64,000 nt of DNA from Rhizaria sp. SCN 62-66 (taxonomy: Eukaryota): contig MEDY01000065.1 in the NCBI GenBank assembly GCA_001724265.1, positions 1 to 64,000 of the forward strand, written 5' to 3'. The position numbers were made by a program, and so were the translations under genes. Below, piece by piece: positions 11,974 to 25,031 of this stretch. How positions within the stretch are numbered: the first letter of the stretch is position 1; the number at the start of each line of letters is the position of its first letter. The notes under the pieces are model-generated. The model searched no databases. It worked only from the letters and a program-made list of their open reading frames with translations, and had not been told where the DNA came from.

Positions 11974-13729
11974 ATGTCACAATTTGACGTTGCAACTTTT
12001 GCTTTGGATATAGATGCAGGAGAGGCTTCCACATCTCCTGGGGATGGTAGCCCTCCAAACAGCCCGCGCCCATCGCGCCCCGATGTTGATCCCGCCGTCA
12101 GCAACGTCGCTGCTGCCGCCCACTCCCCTGCGCATTTATCTTCAAGCTCACTCTGTGCACCCCGTGTTTTATCAAGTTTGGGCGGCGCTCCACGACTCCC
12201 AGCCTACCACCCTCCGTCATCCTCATCCGCTGCGGCCGCGGGCGCAGTGCTTGACATGCTCGCTGTCGACGTGGCATACGCAGCCGCGACCGCTGCTGCC
12301 GCCCTCGCGCTTGGCGGCCCACTCAGTCACATTGCTGTTCTCTTGTCAACAACGCAAGATTCTGACACAGGCGCGGTCCGGCTTGGTGCGAGCACTTTGG
12401 CGTCATCACTGGCGTCCGTCGCCTCCTCAGCGGCAACCTTCGCTGATACGTGCTTCAGAGCTGCCGCGCGTGCCGCTGCTGCAGCATCCACCACTGGCGT
12501 TGCACCACTAGAAGCCGCAGCAGAGGCGTATCTTGTTGCTGCAACTGCTGCGTTGCCTGCGCTCGCGTCCGCGCATAAACGACACATTGCGACAGTTTTG
12601 CCACCAGTTCATCGCGCCAACCGCAATGCGCACCACAACAACAGCAGCGGGGACAAGTCAGTCAGCATGTTTGCGGCTTTAGCAGCGTTGTGTTGTTGCC
12701 CTAGCACGCTAACTGTGCTGCATCGCGCGCTGCCTGTGGGTGTGTCGGCCGTGGTCCAGGCCTGCACCAGTGCAGTCGCGCAAGCCACAGCACATTCCGC
12801 GACGCAGTCGGTCACGCAACATGTCACGCAGTCCGTTCCGCAGCCTGGTGCGCAATCTGCAAACGGGCGCGCTGCGCTAACTATGGATGTAGCTGTGACA
12901 GTGGTGGACGCTGGGAGTCCGCGACAGCCGAGCTTTGCAGCCGTCCGGGCCCCAACAGACGGTCTCTGCAGCCATCTTCACAACACCAACGCCGAAAGTA
13001 GAGACACCCTAAACACAGGGAACGCATCGCATCGTGCGGGGCTTTGCGGCAGCGCCAGTGTTGGGCTCTGCGGCCGTGGTCCTAGCGGCCTCAGACACGA
13101 GCGATCCTGGTTGCCGCAGTGGCTGCAACCCTCATCCGATGACGCTGACGGCGTTGCGCTGTGCCGCGCTGTCGGTGTCGCAGCAAGCAAGCTAACTGCA
13201 GCATTTAGTGCCCCAGGAGCCGCCATGCGTGTAATCGAGCTACCACTGCGGCGCATGCCGACGCTTGAGCTGATGCTGCTGCGAGTTGCCGTCTTTGCTC
13301 CAGCTTTGTTGCTGACACCTTCCCAACCCATCAACGCTTCGAACTGTAGCTATCACAACAAGTTTAGTTCGGCCAGAGTTTCAAATGTAAGTAAGAACGA
13401 CGCAGCGCATACGCTTGCAATTGCAGCAGCTGCCCTGGCTGCGCGTGTGCGTCCTGCCTCCGTGCGGGCAACAGCTGTCTTATCGCGTGCTGCCGCAGTC
13501 GGCGCGCTTGTGGCCGCACAAGAAGCCGCAGCGTGGGCAACGCTCGCTCGCTCAGGCGCTGTTCCAGCGGCTGCACCGACGGTAGCGTCGGGCTGGGCTG
13601 CTGGATACGGTGCGCTGTTGCGCCTGAACGCACTCTCGAGCTCAAGCTTTATTGCGTCAAACAACAAGGCACCAGTACGGAGGCAGCGCAATGTGACACA
13701 GCAGCAGCAGCGGCAGCAGCAGCAACAAC

Positions 13730-13760
<31 letters not shown>

Positions 13761-16700
13761 GCAGCAACAACAGCAACAACAGCAACGGTACAGTGCTGGA
13801 GATGTAACAGTAGGAACGCAAGTCCAACAGCAGCATGCAAGCGCAAGTGTAATGACAGTACATGTGCCTCTTTCTGCTGGAACACCTGTGGCACAAAGAG
13901 TCGATACATGTATCAAAGATGTCAGTCTTAACACAATCAACACTAGCGCAGCTGCAGCTGCTCTTGATATATCGCGTGCAGCAAATATGACAGCAAATAG
14001 TGGTGTAATTTTCCGTGATGGCAGCCAACCTGCTGTTAGCAGTATCGACATTAACAATGACGAGTTCTGCGCGAGTCACAGTTTAAACAACAGTGACTAG
14101 TCTGATTGCGAGCCACACACTCCGCCCGCGGCCGCTGTGCTGCGTCTGCTTGCAAGCAAGCAAGCCACTGCCACGCCAAGAACTACAGCGGGAGTCACAA
14201 CGGCAAACACTGCGACAAGCTCAACAAATTCCGCGTCAAGCTCTAGCAGTAGTTTGACAGCGACGGCGCCCACTGCTGTCCCGCTACTACGTCTACCAAG
14301 CAACAACAGCCAAGATCGTTCTGCGCCACGCCTGCCTGTGACGCCGCGTCCGCCAGTGCTTACACCCGCAGCCGCAGCTGCTGTTCTTGCTGCTAACGCT
14401 GCTACAGATGCCGCAGTAGCTGCAGCAACGGCTGCGCGCGCCGTTGAGGCAAACATTTCTGCTGTGCGCCAAGGCGCACGTGTTTGGCGACTGTGGGCGC
14501 AAGGCAGGATGGTTGAAAGCGTGGAAACAGTACTGTGTGGAGTTTTTAGGCAGAGGGCCTTTGTGTACAGCCAACCCCCGCTGCAGCCGCCTGTGCCACA
14601 ACCAGTTTCACAACAACAACGACAGCAACAACAGCTGCAGGCCGATGTTGGGCCCCCTTCTCGTGTATGTGCAGCAGCGCAAGCAGTACCGCATTCAAAT
14701 AAGAAAGTTGGTCGCGATATGATGGCACAAGACAAGCGTGCGCAGCAGCAAGAGCAGCGTCTTGCTGCTCTAGTGCAACAGCAGCAACAACATTATGCTA
14801 AGCCCATGCCTAAGCAGGAACAGCACGTTCAGGTTCATGGCATAAACGACAATGCATTTAAGAGTGCCGTCGGTGGTGGCATCTTACATCGCAAACCTGC
14901 ATTTGCCCACAGCCTACCTGGCGGAGCTAGCGGCAATATTAACGGCAGTGGTGCTGACCGAGCTGGCGAGAGTGTCGCCGACCGTCGTCGACGCTGGCGT
15001 GCGCACTTGGCAGAGGTACAACTCGAACGTGTTGCTGCAGTCGAAGAGGCTGTTGCAAAAGAGGCTGAGGCGCGTGCAAACGCAAACCTCCAGCGGCTTG
15101 AACCGGAGCAGAAGCAGCAACAGCAGTGCAAGAGTGTAAGTGTTGGTGATGGCGAGCTCTGGGGCGAGCGTGCGCTGGCTGGCGATCCAGATGGCTACCG
15201 CGTACAACGCGTAGCTCGCGCGCCATATGTCGGTCCCGTTCAGCCTGTTTCTGCCGCGTCAGAACAAGCTTGTGTAGACGCGATCGAAGGCGTGGTGGCC
15301 GCAGCAGTGCCAACTCTTGGCCTGAGCAGCGGCGGCAACAGCAGCAGTGCTCGCCCACCGCGACACCCGCAACACATGCTTGCGTCGTACTCAGCCGCCT
15401 CCGTCGCAGCTTCGGCAGCATATGATGCAGTCAACTGCGCAAGCGGCTTGATGTGTCCTGAATGTGGCGCTCGTGGCGGATCTGGAGCCGCAGCAGGTTA
15501 CGATTGTAGTAGTGGCAATGACTATCTTGACGGCGTTGCTGGGTGCCACTGCGGCGCGGGTGAGCGTGCAACAGTGCGCGTCGGCATGCCGTGTGAGTGT
15601 GGCGTTTGGCCGTGCTATTCAGAGCAATGGGCTGCAGTCGAGCAGGCAGAGGCTGCAGTTGAAGCGGCGCTAAAAAGGGCAAAGAGTCGGAGTGCGCACA
15701 ATCAAAACAATGCTTGTGAGAATATCAATGGCAAGGATCGCAACATTGTTGTCATTCGCGCCCGCCCCAGCGATTTAAACAGTGGTCACGATCAAAACAA
15801 CAATCGTGATAACAACAGAGATTCCCCGCAAGCGGTGGGTAATGGCAGTGGTGTTGGCAGTCACAAGAGTAATAAGAAGGGTGGACTCTTGTCACGGATC
15901 TTTGGCTGTGTCAACACGCCTGACGACGACGACGATGAAGAAGACGAGTTGGTTATGCCAGCAGAAGACGGCAATTTTATTGTTGATAGTCGCATTGCTG
16001 CGCGGCAAGAGCGCGTGCGGCAACGACAGCAAGAGCGTAGGCATCAACAGGAGCGCGCCGAGTCCAAGAAAAACAAGAAGAGCAATCAAGGCAACGACAA
16101 AGCGGGGGCTGCGGATGGCGTTGTGGGATCCAGTACACTTGCTGCGCAACATTGTGTGCACGTTGTTGGGCCAGGTGTTGCTGAACAGTCCTCGTGTACA
16201 CCTCGATCAAGCAGCGCCGTGAAGCGTGAACGAATGTGTCGTGTGCTGCTGTGCACCGACGCCGTTATTATGCTGGAGGCATAGCCCGCGGCAGTGAATG
16301 TGGCAAATGCAACAGGAGCTGTGACAGCAGCACGTCAAGCACTGATTGAGTCGTTGGGTCTCAGCAATACAGCTCCTGCTGCGAGTGTAAGTGCGTGTGC
16401 CATCGATGCACAGTGCGCTCCAAGCGCGCAGGGGAGCAAACTTTCAGCCAGTAGCAACTTCATAGAAGTTGCTGCAAGTGCATTTAACACCAATACTGAA
16501 GCGTGTGCAGGTGAAATGTTGATGTGGTCAGCTTCGGCATTGAATGACAAGAATGGATGTAGCGGTGCAGTGCGTGGTATGTTTATATGTTCATGGCTTC
16601 ACGAAGAAAATGTGCGCAAGATCACAATTAACAAATGTATCTGTGTTTTTGTAATAATATCCCTAAAACAGCTTGTTGATTCAAAAATAACTCATGTGCT

Positions 16701-18456
16701 CTTTCTTGATGTTTAGGTTATGCATCATTATGCGATGTTACGTTCATGCCATTGTGGTTGCCACCAGTAAACCCAGACAGGCCTATTTTTGGTCCACAAA
16801 GCCTACCGCCACTGCCCATTGCAGCTGGTGCTTTGCCTGCGCGCACACCATTGCATGTAGCCCCGTTTCCATGGACTGTGGGCACAGTGACAGTTTGTGC
16901 GCCACTGCACCCTGCGCCGTCACGAACACGACTCATCCCCGCAGTTGTGCTGACGCCAACCACACCTGCAGCTGCAGCTGCGCTCACCGGAGCAGCGGAC
17001 TATGATGCACACCGCACGCCACTGCCACCGCCTGCACTTGGCTCTGGTGCGGCAGTCGGCGCGTGGCCGGGCGCAATCGTGATGAACTTTGGCACGGTCA
17101 GGGAGCGCGACCGCTGGCTTCACAAGGCCCGCGCATTGCAACACGTACGTGTCGACTTAAAAAAAAAACACCAAATTTCTGAGTTTTAAATTGGTCTACG
17201 TCTTATAAGCTCTTGTTTGTGTACTTTTTTTTTGTTGTTTTCAGTACTTGAAGGTATACATTCCACGTGACTCAGACCTGGGTCGACCACTGTGTACGGA
17301 CGCGGTGACTTCATTTTCACTCAAAAAGATAGCTTCAGAGTCGCGCGTACAGTCACGCATTAGAGCTCAACAAATGACGACGCGGACAGAAGAGTCTGGT
17401 GTTACTGGAGTTGCGCCAGTTGCAGCTGTTGCTGCTAGTGCTGCCGTTATCGGTTCTGCAGTTGGCGACGCACGCACGGAATCTGTCATAGAACAGTGCA
17501 ATACGACTAAGAATCCTCTCAAAACTAGCTCTAGCATGTCAAGCGCACCTACACTGCCGCTGAGTGCCGCAAAAGCATTAGAGTCAAACGTGAACGGCAA
17601 CAGCACTGCGAGCGGCGGAAAATCCGCAAGTTCGTTTGAGGCTGCAAAAACTGACATGAGTTGCGCGGCTACGGTGCCTCTTGCTAGCAACGTTGCGCGT
17701 GACATTTCTGTTGACAGTAATGTTGCGCGCACAAGCAGTAGTTTATCCGCTGTGCCTGCCGAGGCAGTCACGAAGATGCCACAGTATCATAGCGTCGTCG
17801 CGCAGTCCTCCTTTGAAACCCTACCAGTCAACAACGACTCTGCACCTTCAGATCCCGCAACAACATCAGAAACAGCGTCTATAAACGGCAACGCTGGGGC
17901 TGTTAGTGGAGTCACAACAAGCTTCTAAGACGAGTTGCCTGCTGTAGCGCCAGCAGCGTCTGTAACCGCAGTATTGAGCATTGCTACAGTGCACAGAGAG
18001 TATGCGCCTCAGGAAAGAGGAGAAGAAGAAAAAGAAAAAGAAAAAGAAAAAGAAGAAGAAGAAGAAGAAGATGGCCGCATTCCTCTGCGCGCGCCCTCAT
18101 CAAGTCTTGTAGCTGCAACAACAAAGCTTGTTGTTACTGCCGCTGTTACAACTGACGTGTCAAATAATTCATATGTTGTCGCGAGTCATTGCGCTGACCA
18201 TGAGAGTGGTGCAACCGTTCATGCTTGTGGCGCACGCGCAGCACCCCGCTGTAGTCTGCGTGTATGCCCGCCAGGCGCGCTTCCGCTTGCTCCTGCTTGG
18301 GAGACCGCTGAGAGTGACTATGACGTTGACGCAGACGACGCTGATGTTGATGTGGCAAAAACCTCTGCGACCTCTGCCCACGAGAGCATTGCAACTGCTA
18401 ACACTAATAATGAAGATAAGCAAATGAACGCGGATAGCAGCAACTATGGCAATTGA
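11974..18456 (+). CDS. Large low-complexity protein with degenerate RhoGEF DH remnant and split PH domain; in-frame TAG at 14098 and 16282, in-frame TAA at 17926; introns 16577-16716 and 17145-17244
   Basis: ORFs 11959, 14137 and 16294 share one frame. Two GTAYGT...AG introns join 16746 and 17248 in frame. VIELPLRRMPTLELMLLRV resembles the DH motif LIxPVQRIPRYxLLL. RERMCRVLLCTDAVIML and IVMNFGTVRERDRWLHKA resemble PH beta2 and the C-terminal helix. The true end (17928 or 18456) and the start are uncertain. Confidence 0.6.
13699..13790 (+). repeat. CAG/CAA trinucleotide tract encoding poly-Gln
   Basis: (CAG)n(CAA)n run in frame within the DH-PH gene. Confidence 0.9.
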
Positions 18457-18832
18457 AAAGCAAAACTCACACTGCAAACCAGGACCGGAGCAGCAGCGAA
18501 CAGTGATTGAAAAATAGGTGGAGATAAATTTTGGTTTGATTTGTATATACCGTACGATTTGGTTACTAAAACCTCAGATAATACATTACCTACTACTTAA
18601 AAATACATATAGAAAAGTAAATACAGCAAAATCCACACAATGTAACCTTTGTTTTTCGAACATCTAACATAACAGACAAGGTGGTCCACGTTGGACGGCC
18701 GTGTACACCCTCATAATAAGTTCATCCTTCCGTATCCCTGACTCTCTACTTGTTCACTCACTCACTTTGTCACAGTCACTTGTCAACCACATATTCGCTC
18801 CGCTTGATTTGCTTTGCTAGCGAACAACGACT

Positions 18833-21800
18833 TTAAGCAGTGGCAACCTCGAGGTTGGTCATGAGCGCCTGCTGGAGCTCGCCATCGAGCTGGGCAGCAA
18901 TGGCCTCGACCTGGCCGGGGCAGAGCTGTCCGATGTGGAACACCCACTGGCGCAACAACGCGCGGTTATTAACACTGAGCTCGCTGCTGGCGAAGTAGTT
19001 AGCGACGGCGAAGATGATCTGCGGCATGGCATCGGCGCAGTGCGAGGGCGCGGCCTCCCACAGCTTGGGCAGGTACGGAATCGTGTTGTTCATCTCCTGC
19101 CAGTCATCGCGGAAGGCCAAGTTGGGCAGCAGAGCCGCCATCACAGCGTCCAGAGGCACCAGCGCGGACTGCAGCGCAGTGATCTTGACCAGAGCCGCGA
19201 CGGCGTTGTCGGCGGCGCCGGCGGCCTGGACAATGAGGTCCTTACGGTCCGGGGTCGCCGCGGGCACGGCAAGGGCGCGCGGGATAATGCCGGCGATGTT
19301 GGCCACAGCCTCAGTGAGCTGCTGCGGGGTGATGTAGTTGGTGGCGGTGTTGATGACGATGACGCCGATAAGGTACGCAGCGTGACGCTGCATGTCCAGC
19401 GACGCATCGTTGAGGAATGTGAGGCCGAGGCGGACGAGCTCGAGGCCGTGCTCGTGCTGCTGCGGGCCGAGATGCTCGACGAGGTCAGCGATGGTGCCAA
19501 GAACACCGGTGCGGAAGTTGATGATACGGCGCGGGTCGGTGAACTCGGTCATGGGGCCGAAGATCTGGTTGAAGAACGGCAGAAGCTCGCCACCCATGCA
19601 GCGGACTAGTGCAGAGAGGAGGTTGCAGTAGGCCTCAATAACGGTGAGGTTGTTAGTGGAACCAATGTCGTTGTGAGCCTTGTCAACCTACAAAAGTCAA
19701 AGGAATAAAGAGCGAAGAATGAATTTAGATAGATGCAAGTGTGTGAGATTGTAATATCAACAACAAAAAATGGGCGCAAAAAAAATGACGCAAACAACCA
19801 CCAAAATAATAAATCAGTCGAAAACAAAGCATTATAGCCGCTGTTCGTTGTGAATGAATGTTGATTGATCCTACGTACCTGGCAGCCAGAATCCTCCTTA
19901 GCCATGTCGCCGAGTACGATGAAGAGATCGCGCAGCACCTGGCCCTCCTCCTCGTCCTCAGGGTCGTTCTCGGGGAGCATCGCCATGCCGTAGACGTCGA
20001 GCAGCAGCCCGTAGGTGCCCATTGCGGCGGCCACGACCGAGGGCTCAGTGTCGACGATGATGGTCTCGCACATGGCGTCGCGGATCGCGTCGACGAGCGA
20101 GGCGTGCGTCTCAGGCAGCGGCGTCACCGTGCCCTTGACCCACTTGTCCTCCAAGGGGTGGTTGTTGCGCAGCCACTCGACGAGAATGCCGAAGGTCTCG
20201 ACAATGACCGTGCGCAGCGGGGCGAAGGGCATGTGCATGATCTCGAGCGACGCGTTGAGCAGGTCCTCCAGGATATCGTTCTCAAACCCGTCGCCGAGCG
20301 AGGTGAGCGACTGCTGCACGAGACGGAACGCCTCGAGCTTGGCCTCGAGCGCGGGCACGTTGCAGCGCAGGTCGTCAGTGTCGAACGGAGTGTAGTCGTC
20401 GACAGCCTCGTCCTCGTTGCCCTCGCCGTCCTCGAGCGAGCCCGGCTTGGCGAGCTTCTTGATCGCCGACATCGCGGGGTCCGTGTCGGCCTCGTCGTCG
20501 TCGGAGCTCGAGTCAGAGAGGCCGGCAATGTTGCCCTCCTCCTCGTCGCCCTCGTCGATGTCGAAGCCGTCGGAAGAGTTGATCTGCGCCAGCGCCAGCT
20601 GCAGCATGGGCGTGACGAGCTCCTTCGGGGTGTTGGCGCCCCAGGCCTCGACGATCTTGCGCATGAACACAAACGAGAGGTCGTGCAGCGTCGAGTCGTC
20701 AATCGTGAAGCCCTCGATCACAAACTTGAAGAGAAGCGGGACGGAGTCGTCCCAGTTGACGACGCCGACGGCGGAGGCCATGTGGCCTATGCACTCGGTC
20801 GCGCGGGCGCGGATCGTGATGAACTCCTCCTCGTCACGCGTGAGCCACACGCGGACAATGGCCATCATGGGCGCAAAGTGGGGCAGGAAAGCCTTGCCCA
20901 TGACGTCGGCGACGGAGCGGAGCACGGAGATCATCATGACGTGCATCTCGAGGTTCGTGGTGGCGAACACGCGCTGCACCTCGCCGATGATGGCGTCGGC
21001 GTACGCGTTGAGATCCTCGCCGAGCTCGTTCGTGAAGGCCTCGAGCGCCATGCAGCACTTGCGGTGCACGAGCGAGTCCTCGGCCGGGTTGGCGAGGATG
21101 CTGAGCAGACGCTGCATGATTTCAGCGTGCATTGGCACCAGGATCGACGAAAGCGACTCGGCGTTGTTGCAGATCATGAGGCATGCGGCCGTGCGCACCG
21201 TCACCGACGGGTCCGAGAGGAGGCTGACGGCGTGGCGCGCAAGCTCGGCGGCGGCGCGGCCCTGCTCGTACTCGAGCATGACGTCCGTGCAGCCGTTGGA
21301 GAGGGAGGCGAGCAGCACGAGGCCGCCCTTGCGGTGGAGCTCGTGCTCCGAGATGAGGTACTGCATGATGCAGGGCAGGAACGCGGTAAACACCTGATCC
21401 TGCGGCAGCGTGGCCATCATCGGCATGATGAGGTCCAGCGCCATGGACTGCGGCGTCGTCTCCTGCTCCGAGTCGAAGACGTCGTGGGCGAACTCGACCA
21501 CGATCTGCGCGATCGTCTGTACCAGCGGGGCGGCGAGATTGAGGCGCGTGATGACGCCGGGGCGAGCGCGGAGGATCTGCACGCAGAGCGTGGCGGCCAT
21601 CGCGCGGTACCGCATGTCGGCCTCGGCGTCGACCATGAGCGTGTTCATAATGGTCCAGATCTGCGTCAGCGCCTCGTCCGTGATGGGGATCATGGGGCCC
21701 GAGGAGTTGTAGAAGACGGAGAAGACGGACATGAGCGAGTTGTCGTCGTTCTCCTCGATCAGCGTCGGCACGAGCGTGATGAGCGCGGCGACGACCTGGG

Positions 21801-22488
21801 TGATGAGGCCGATCTCGTCCGCCTCGAGGTAGCGCGAAAAGGCAATGTCGACACCCTTGATGGCGTAGTTGCGCACGCGCGGCTCCGTGGACGAGATGAG
21901 CTGCAGGCACGTGTTCTTGACCGTCGCGGCGTGGGGCTCGAGCGCAGAGGACGCGCGCTTGACGAGGCGGGTGAGCAGGAACATGCACGACTCCTGGACC
22001 TTGATGTCCGCCGAGGAAGTGCCCTGGAAGACGAAGGGAATGAGCTCGGGCCACTCGTCCTGGAGCTTGTTCTTCAAGTCGTGTTGCGCAATACTACTGA
22101 TGACGCCGACGGTGGAGTTGCGCACATTGCGGTTCTCCTCGATGGGCAGGCAAGAGAGCAGCGCAGAGCGGATCATACTGCGGAGGTCTGGGGTGAGGCG
22201 GGGCCAGTGCGTGCGCATGCGCTTGTGGAGGAGAATAGCCGAGAGCTGGCGCGTGTGAGCCGAGGGGGACTCGGTAAGCTGCTGCATCAGCGCGGGCACG
22301 CACGCGGGGGTCTCGATGAACTTACGCAGGATGCGCACGGCCTGAGCGAGGATGTCGTTGTCGGGCACAGCCATCATGCCGAGGACTTCGGCGAGCTGGG
22401 CGGCATCGGTCGGGAGCTGGACCTCGGCCTTCTTCACCTTGGTGCCCGTCTTCTTCTTCAGCCCAGAGGCCTTACGGCGAGGCGGCAT
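18833..22488 (-). CDS. IPO4: Importin-4/Kap123-like karyopherin beta; exons 22488-19879 and 19687-18833
   Basis: IBN_N start (VPDNDILAQAV...RQLSAILLHKRMRTHW), HEAT repeats, RARATECIGHMA and DNAVAAL. Intron GTACGT...TGTAG restores the frame. Stop TAA. Confidence 0.85.
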
Positions 22489-23978
22489 CGTGAAGCGCTA
22501 CGTAAGGAGCAAGTGAGCAAGTTGTGTTCGCGACGGAGTGGCGAGAGGGTTGCGGAGGTGACGGAAAAACATGAGTCTGAAACATAAAGGTGCGATCAAT
22601 CCGCAGAAATAATGTAACTAATGTAGATATTAGAAACGAGTGCCGCATGGGAACGATGTGCCATGTGTTCAGAGGCCTTAACGCTGGCGCAATAAGCGCA
22701 TGGCGTGAACAAGGACGGTGCTGTGACGGCAACTTTTGCGCGCCTCCTTGAGAACCAGTAGATAAAGCTCAAGCCTTCCTCAAAACAGCATATAAATTAA
22801 ACAGGTGTTATTTCGGCAATTTTCATACTGCATTAAAACACTGAAACTCCATTTCATGATGCACGCATGGCGCTGTAATCCAGCAAACAAGGCCCGCATT
22901 GCGGACCCCTTGCCGCAGTGCACACTGGGCGCGAGAGTCAGACCGGTGACTGTGAGCGCGCCGTGACAGAGACGTGGAGCGTAACCGAGCAATGTGAACA
23001 ATAGGAGAAGAGTAAGGAGTAAATAAAAAGAAAAATAGTGTTTTGTTGTTGGTAGATATTAAGTGTATTGTGTGAGAATGCGATTGCGGAGCTGCTGTCT
23101 GCTCTGAGAAATTGATTAGTACATTTTTGTACAATGCGGCGTTTAAAAGATAGGTAAAAGGTATTTTTGTTCTTTGCGGCTTTTTCGAGGGGTGTACAAG
23201 AACTGCACACTTCATGGAAAACTGTTTCTCGAGACAAACGAATTAATTGAGACAAAGAAGATCAAGATCACGATCACGAGGGAAAATAGCTTAGGTTGGT
23301 TTAGAGAAACCAAGGGTCGCTAACCCCCCTTCCGGGTTGCCCCTCTGCTTCTGCGCTGAGCTGAACTGAAACAACCACCGAGCGCCGGAGTAGTCGAGTC
23401 AGGGATGCTACATGTGTAGCGTTGGCGGCGAGAGGGTGGCAGTGCAGTGCAGGGCAGTGTGCGTAGTGGTTCGGAGTGATGATCGAGAGGATACGATAAG
23501 AAAGAGGGGTCGTGACCTAGGAGACGACTGCGTCACGTCTTGAGACGAAAAACGGACGAGACAGCAGTGCAGTGAAGGGCTACAGCTACGTTAAGTGACA
23601 GTTGTGGAGTGAAAGAAAACATCGTAGAAAAGCAGATCGCTGATCGACATTTGCACCCTCACACTCTCGCGCACTCACTCACCTACTCGCAAATGCATTT
23701 TACTCATACGAAACATACATTTGAAGAGCACTCGCGAGCGTTGTGAGAATTGAAACCAAAATGTGCGCGCGCAACCGCAGATAGGTTTGTCACCTATTGC
23801 AGATTCGCAACTGAAGACTGAAACTTAGCTGGCCGTCGGGAGTCAGGCAGACAGATAAAGCAAGCAAACATGCAGGCAGAAGTACACTTGTGTGCTTTCG
23901 TACGCAAGTGACTGACCAACTCTGCTGAGTGAATGAATTCCTGAATGTCGGGCTGCCTGACGGAGGTCGACGGCCCGC

Positions 23979-25031
23979 TTACTGCGCGTTCTCACTGATC
24001 TTGAGCTGCGAGAAGGACGCGCAGGTCTCGAGGTCCTTAAGGTCTTCCTTGACGCTGTCGTTGCGCTTCGAGCTGGGGAGGCCCTTGACGTAGTCGATGA
24101 AGAAGGAGACGTGCTCGGGCGTGATGTTGGCGCCGTTGGCCGACTGCTGGATGGCGCGGGAGACGCAGCGGGCGACCTGGCGATACACCTCGTCCTTCTG
24201 CAGCTGAGTCAGGCCGTCGACCTGGTCGGCGTTCTGGAAGCACTGCATCTGCTTGACGAAGCCGTGCTCGGCGACCCAAGCGAGGCCGGCCTTAGAGTCG
24301 GTGAGCTTGGCGACAGCCACGGCGGCGTTGACGCGGATGTCGGCGCGCGCGGTCGAGGCAAGGGACGCGGTCAGGGTGGCCTCGAGGCGCTCGGAAATTT
24401 TGTTGTCGTCGAGGAGGGCGGCGATGTGCTCGGCGCTGGACTCGGACTCGAAGACGGAGGCGACGAGCAGCAGGCCCTCGGCCGCGGTGGAGGACGCGAC
24501 GCTGGAGGCAACGTTGAGGGCGACGTTGAGCGAGTCGCGAGCATCCTCGATGGTCGCGACAGGGGCCTCAGTGCCAGCAGGGAACGAAAGCGCGGGGGGC
24601 TTGAACGAGTGAGCCTCAGTCTTAGTGGTGCAGCCAATGTCGGACTTAGCGAAGAGCTGCTTCATCTCGCGGTAGAACTCGGAGAACTCGATTGAGCATC
24701 CAGAGACGCGGGCGAACTCAACGACGGTCTGAGCCATCGAGTCGGCGTTCTTGTCATCGGTGAAGATATTGATCTCGAAGTTGACCTGGGAGCCAGACTT
24801 GTAGAGGACGCCCTCGAGAGAACTGTCGTTGCCCTTGCGGCAGTCAGCCTCGGTGCGCTCACTGAGGTTTGCGAGGAACTTCTCGATGTTGACTTCCTTG
24901 TCCGCGATGAAGCTGGTCTCACGACGGTACCAGCCGGGAAGAGCAGGGTGGATAGACTTTACCTCAACCTTGGGAGCGTTCCGGTAGGCGGGGCCACGAG
25001 AAATCTCGGCGTTAAAAGCACGGTTGGACAT
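23979..25031 (-). CDS. Protein with KA1-like domain followed by a helical/ARM-like region, no kinase domain
   Basis: VNFEINIFTD...VVEFARVSGCSIEFSEFYREMKQ resembles the KA1 fold. Strong codon bias. The ATG follows a splice acceptor directly. Stop TAA. Confidence 0.6.
   Translation of the reverse strand: MSNRAFNAEISRGPAYRNAPKVEVKSIHPALPGWYRRETSFIADKEVNIEKFLANLSERTEADCRKGNDSSLEGVLYKSGSQVNFEINIFTDDKNADSMAQTVVEFARVSGCSIEFSEFYREMKQLFAKSDIGCTTKTEAHSFKPPALSFPAGTEAPVATIEDARDSLNVALNVASSVASSTAAEGLLLVASVFESESSAEHIAALLDDNKISERLEATLTASLASTARADIRVNAAVAVAKLTDSKAGLAWVAEHGFVKQMQCFQNADQVDGLTQLQKDEVYRQVARCVSRAIQQSANGANITPEHVSFFIDYVKGLPSSKRNDSVKEDLKDLETCASFSQLKISENAQ

Noticed and set aside
11440-12013. Short AT-rich ORFs upstream of the DH-PH gene
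   Set aside because: They lack coding-type codon bias and could not be spliced in frame; probably promoter or 5' UTR, possibly with a UTR intron near 11838.
19858-22587. 909-aa + strand ORF and similar long ORFs opposite CFAP44, TMEM135 and HisRS
   Set aside because: Codon-aligned antisense frames stay open when the sense gene avoids TTA/CTA/TCA; they show no recognisable domains.
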